Part shown: positions 60,234 through 64,000 of the stretch, one piece after another
Position numbering within the stretch: position 1 is the stretch's first letter
Layout of the letters: every line of letters starts with the position of its first letter
DNA from: an uncultured Planctomycetia bacterium
Lineage (GTDB): Bacteria > Omnitrophota > Gorgyraeia > B26-G9
Assembly (NCBI GenBank): GCA_964437495.1
Contig: CAYTGV010000011.1
Span: 3,964 to 67,963 of the forward strand
Direction of reading: 5' to 3'
DNA: 64,000 nt
Made by a program: the position numbers and the translations under genes
Notes under the pieces: model-generated
The model's database searches: none
Told to the model about the DNA's origin: nothing
Seen by the model: the letters and a program-made list of their open reading frames with translations, nothing else

Positions 60234-60497
60234 TCTCCCCTTTTGGAATTTTAGCTATATTTCTTTTTTTTAGGGGGATGGACGAAAACAGGATGTTGGA
60301 GTGCCGTAAGGCAAGACTGCCTTTTCGGCAATGGATTTTCGAGACTTCAGACTCGGAAATTCATCCAGACACCTAAACCATTAGAAATATGCAAAAATTC
60401 CTTAGGGGTGGGTTTTCTTTGCATACTTTCTTTTAGCCACCGAAAGAAAGTATGGCTGGGGGACGCAACATCGGGGGCAGGCATCGCCCCCCCCCCC
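60234..60497 (+). ncRNA. Copy C of the repeated structured-RNA-like element, at the proximal boundary of the array; it ends in an 11-nt C tract
   Basis: See copy B. It has compensatory hairpins relative to A and B and a conserved 3' block. ORFs 60128..60376 and 60347..60556 overlap it and are judged spurious. Confidence 0.5.
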
Positions 60498-60721
60498 TTA
60501 CTATAAAATGAGTTAACGGAAATGGTGGGCAGCCTAAGACGCTTAGGCGCGAGCATCGCCCTTTTCCTTTTTACTTGCGTTTCTAAACGCTGATCGCTAA
60601 CCCTAATTGCTCTTTGCTATCAACCGCCAAGCTGAGAAAGCATCTGTTGTGCTTTCCGCCCCATTGGCGAATCCGGCGCAACACTTATCATCTTCCTCAA
60701 CTGTTCAATTGCTTTTGACTG

Positions 60722-61066
60722 CTATCCTGAATTGAAATATATTCCTCCAAGATTCCAAAGGGCATCGAGATTTTTTGGAGACAATCCAAGAGACTTTTCA
60801 AGTGCTGGCTTTGCTTTGGAGGACTGGTTTCGCTCTGCATAGTAACTCCCAAGATTAGACCAGGCCATAGCATCTTTATCATCCAATTCAACGGCCCGTT
60901 TAAAGTTTTGCTCAGCTTCAACACTTTTCCCTTGTTTTAGAAAAGCAACTCCCTTGTTTGTGTAAGCAGCTGATGTCGGCTTTATTTCTAGAGCCTGATT
61001 TAATGTCTCAATCGCAAGATCATAATTTCCCTGCACCCCATAAGCAAAGCCTAAAGATTCAAGCAC
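60722..61066 (-). CDS. TPR repeat protein
   Basis: LGFAYGVQGNYDLAIETLNQALEIKP is a canonical TPR motif. The gene is in frame with 61091..61528 across a TGA and continues in frame for about 33 codons after a TAG. Confidence 0.6.
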   Translation of the reverse strand: MLESLGFAYGVQGNYDLAIETLNQALEIKPTSAAYTNKGVAFLKQGKSVEAEQNFKRAVELDDKDAMAWSNLGSYYAERNQSSKAKPALEKSLGLSPKNLDALWNLGGIYFNSG

Positions 61067-61090
61067 AACATTATTGTTTCCATCAACAGA

Positions 61091-61528
61091 TCAAGCTTGT
61101 TCAAAATATTCTCTAAACTTCGAAATATTGCTATCCCCTTTTGGTGAATGCAGCATGCCATTAAGCATAAGAATATTTATATTGTCCGGCTGATTTTCTA
61201 AAAGATTTTCAGCCCATAATTCAACATCCCTCATTGCCTGTTTATCAGAGTAGGGAAAATCATATTCACTTAGCATCTGGTTCGTATGATCACCCAAAAC
61301 AATAGCAGCCATGTCAGCAACATATTGCACAGATGCATTCCCCGCATCCTGAGCCACAAGCTCTCTCGCTCTATTTAGCGCGGATTGCCAATCCCCGTTT
61401 TTAATCAGCTCGACAACTCCCGTTAACGGCTCGACAACGCCTTTCTCTTCTTGCGCATAAAGAGACTGCATTGTTCCAAAACAAAACAATCCCAAGATAA
61501 AAATTACCACATAAATTCTATTCATCAT
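61091..61528 (-). CDS. Secreted hypothetical protein (signal peptide)
   Basis: MMNRIYVVIFILGLFCFGTMQSLYA is a signal peptide. Confidence 0.5.
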   Translation of the reverse strand: MMNRIYVVIFILGLFCFGTMQSLYAQEEKGVVEPLTGVVELIKNGDWQSALNRARELVAQDAGNASVQYVADMAAIVLGDHTNQMLSEYDFPYSDKQAMRDVELWAENLLENQPDNINILMLNGMLHSPKGDSNISKFREYFEQA

Positions 61529-61562
61529 ATAATTTCCTCTTCCTTGTCATATAACCCCACAA

Positions 61563-62234
61563 CTACTTATCAATTTTTAAACCTTGTAAATAAAAGGCAT
61601 CCATTGAAACACAATGCGCTATGGGCTGTTTTTTGCCATTATGAGTAATACCCTCCAGCTTAAAACGCACACCAGATACGATGATCGTATCTCCTTCCTT
61701 TATCTGTTTTGAAATTTCCTTGATCGTATTCCTAGCCGGCAGTATTCCTATGGGAAATTTAGCTGAATTTAAGTGCTTTACATCAGCGATTATCTGCCGT
61801 GCCGCTGACTTGTCCCCTTTCACCTCTATTCTTCCGCCTCCGACATTCAGACTTTTTATTGCCCTGATAGCGCTCTGATCTTTTGCCGAAACAATTTCTA
61901 ATGTCCTTGAGTAGGCATCATCAGGTGAGGGTTTATGCTCAGAGTTATAACTTAGCATATTTGTAAGAAAAACAGTATATTTTTCATTTCTGAGCATTGT
62001 TTTCTTTTCATATGTGTAAACATATGCGCCACGGGATAATTTTATGCTGTTTTTCGAAGTAGGTATAGCGATATCAGTTGAGAGATTATTCAAATCAATC
62101 CCCTCATCTGGAGCAAAACTATCCGCTGCCTCTTCAGAGTACCTATCCTTATCCTGTGTAGGCGCATTATAACATGAGGCCAAAACGCCAACAAACATAA
62201 ATATAGACATAATATAAACTATCTTATTGCCCAC
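61563..62234 (-). CDS. Lipoprotein, hypothetical
   Basis: MSIFMFVGVLASC is lipobox-like. No domain assigned. Confidence 0.45.
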   Translation of the reverse strand: MGNKIVYIMSIFMFVGVLASCYNAPTQDKDRYSEEAADSFAPDEGIDLNNLSTDIAIPTSKNSIKLSRGAYVYTYEKKTMLRNEKYTVFLTNMLSYNSEHKPSPDDAYSRTLEIVSAKDQSAIRAIKSLNVGGGRIEVKGDKSAARQIIADVKHLNSAKFPIGILPARNTIKEISKQIKEGDTIIVSGVRFKLEGITHNGKKQPIAHCVSMDAFYLQGLKIDK

Positions 62235-62350
62235 ACTGCTGTCTCCCTTTCTTTTTTAAACATTCTCGCATCACTGTTTTTTCCAGCTTCCACAACCATA
62301 AACCAGTATCCTTCTATATAACTTTTTCCTAATCTACACTCCCTGTTTCT

Positions 62351-62788
62351 CTACATCTCAAGCCTGTTCAATGCCCGATATCCAAAACCCATGGAAATAA
62401 AAATAGTAGCCGTGCTGAAAACACAGACAAAAACAGAGGCCCCAATTATCAGCATATTGAAAAATTCCTGGCTGATCTGCTCTGTAACTAATAGGTGAAA
62501 CGGCAGGCCCAGAGCCATAACATCTACCGCAATATAAAAAAGGCATAAGACAAGCGCCAGCGTACCACCGAAACCGGAAACTATCTGAGCTGGATTATCC
62601 TCTTTAAAATTAGGGAAAAGCACTCCCAATCCAATGCACAGACTCGTAAGCGTTAAACACATTAAGATCACCACCAGCGAAGACAAAAACATCAAAGTCG
62701 CGGAAACATTGAGCATGAAATTTGAGGGAGTTATTAAGAGCAGGCTGATGCACAAAGCCCATGGGTGAGTTATTAAAATATATTCCAA
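62351..62788 (-). CDS. Membrane protein (4 TM), possibly the C-terminal part of a frameshifted gene that also includes 62610..62963
   Basis: Two overlapping minus-strand ORFs in different frames, both hydrophobic. Confidence 0.35.
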   Translation of the reverse strand: MEYILITHPWALCISLLLITPSNFMLNVSATLMFLSSLVVILMCLTLTSLCIGLGVLFPNFKEDNPAQIVSGFGGTLALVLCLFYIAVDVMALGLPFHLLVTEQISQEFFNMLIIGASVFVCVFSTATIFISMGFGYRALNRLEM

Positions 62789-63053
62789 GCCATTGATCAG
62801 ATATGAGCGTATTTTTAGACAAGAATGGTCTATAAGCCGTGAGTCTGTTCTTTGTTATTACCTGGCTAAAGATAAGCCAGCCCATCATCACTATCCAAAA
62901 GACACTGATAAGTATTATTGACGCTTTTTTAAGCTTTCTATTATCATCCATGAATTCACTCAAATATAAAACAAAGTTTATTTACACACAAAGCAAAGAC
63001 TTTATCTGCCCTTGAATACATAGTCTCAAGTTGAGATATAACTAAAGCAAACT

Positions 63054-63368
63054 TTAGAATTCTTCAAGATCATTTTTTGATATAATGCGCAGAAATTTCA
63101 CACCCATATCAAATTTACTATTTTTGCTATCTTTGGCTTTTTTAAGCCAAACCACCTCACCCTGAGCATAATAGGGATTCGGGGACCTTGGAACATTGAC
63201 TTCAATATTTAATTTTGATCCAATATCCAGGCGCATACCAGTAGTAATCCGCAATCCTCCGGCGGAAATATTTTCAGCCTGTGTCACCTCAATATTTTTA
63301 GCATCCTGCGCTCTCTGCCGTAAAGCAATCGACTCTTGCAAACGACTTGATTTTCTTTTCTCCTGCAA
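63054..63368 (-). CDS. PilZ domain protein
   Basis: RLQESIALRQR ... NISAGGL matches the PilZ RxxxR / DxSxxG motifs. Confidence 0.6.
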   Translation of the reverse strand: MQEKRKSSRLQESIALRQRAQDAKNIEVTQAENISAGGLRITTGMRLDIGSKLNIEVNVPRSPNPYYAQGEVVWLKKAKDSKNSKFDMGVKFLRIISKNDLEEF

Positions 63369-63402
63369 AATACATTCCTCCTTTCAAGAATAACTTTATA
63401 TA

Positions 63403-63969
63403 TTAAATTTTACTTTGATATACAATTTTTGTCAAAGGCATATAGGTCATTGTTACCGCCTCCAACACTGGCATTTCCTGATAGTCACTTGCTGCATTGC
63501 TATATCCTGAATAAATATAGGCTCGATACTCAATATTCGGATTTGTTCCGCCGCTTATCGGACCGCCGGAAACTTCAAAAGCACTGCCTGGATGTAGAGC
63601 CCCAGGACCAGGGATAGCAGAAAAATTCTCTCCAGCTGAAAAATTTGTAGTTAAGAATATCTTTTCGTCAGTGGCCAGGGCATTTTCAGAAAGAAATGCC
63701 TCAGCTGATATTGTCCCCCACTCAATATTATTCACAGTAAAAGTGTTCGAAGAATAAACGCCCTGCTCTGGGATAATACGCATATTATCTAAATCAAACA
63801 GGTTTCCCATACCAACAACTTTAATTGTTCTGTTCTGCCAGTCTTTTAAAGGCTCTATACCTGTATCAATATCAAGTGGCGTCAGTCCCGGCGCATAGAT
63901 AGTTGCATCAAGATCTCTCTGGTTCTTAGACTTTAGCCGAATCGTTTTATCGGAATAATAATTAGTCAT
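63403..63969 (-). CDS. Hypothetical protein
   Basis: ORF only. Confidence 0.4.
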   Translation of the reverse strand: MTNYYSDKTIRLKSKNQRDLDATIYAPGLTPLDIDTGIEPLKDWQNRTIKVVGMGNLFDLDNMRIIPEQGVYSSNTFTVNNIEWGTISAEAFLSENALATDEKIFLTTNFSAGENFSAIPGPGALHPGSAFEVSGGPISGGTNPNIEYRAYIYSGYSNAASDYQEMPVLEAVTMTYMPLTKIVYQSKI

Positions 63970-64000
63970 GAGAAAATGTTTTGTTCCGGCAACCGGCGGA

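Noticed and set aside
60697-60924. ORF 60697..60924(-) overlapping the TPR gene in another frame
   Set aside because: It lies within the better-supported TPR reading frame, which has canonical TPR motifs.

Overview
This is a low-GC (~35%) chromosomal segment from an uncultured-type bacterium. It has sigma-54, many B12-binding radical SAM and TPR proteins, and an H-X9-DG prepilin-like protein, which resembles Omnitrophota or the PVC group, though that attribution is a guess. Nearly all genes run on the minus strand. Left to right, the window contains: a partial class I SAM methyltransferase; tRNA-Leu(UAA) and tRNA-Cys(GCA); a Firmicutes-like yicC-remA-gmk-rpoZ-coaC-coaB block; an MFS transporter; and an IS200/HUH-type transposase with adjacent tandem repeats. 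Next comes an RHS/YD-repeat polymorphic-toxin locus, consisting of a main RHS gene interrupted by one in-frame TAG, an orphan alternative C-terminal toxin module carrying a ~280-bp near-identical recombination tract, and small membrane immunity candidates. This is followed by a repeat protein, a membrane GT2 and a lipoprotein, then a pyrimidine operon (pyrR with a PyrR-binding leader motif, pyrB, pyrC, pyrK, pyrD, pyrF) with fpg, an EndoQ-like PHP nuclease, flavodoxin, LOG and YjbQ genes inserted. After that lies a glycan/lipid-modification cluster (a GT39-TPR protein, four paralogous B12-radical-SAM enzymes, a GT2, a polysaccharide deacetylase and an FAD oxidoreductase), then rpoN, a TolB-like protein, pyk and PilZ. 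The most unusual part is 43.4-60.6 kb: an integron-like, integrase-less array of about 17 same-strand gene cassettes. The cassettes are separated by at least four families of attC-like imperfect inverted repeats that carry RYYYAAC/GTTRRRY-type ends, and the array has internal near-consensus sigma-70 promoters. Three copies of a ~230-330 nt structured-RNA-like element, supported by compensatory base changes in two helices, sit at the distal end (inverted), inside one attC, and at the proximal end. The window ends with TPR, lipoprotein, membrane and PilZ genes.
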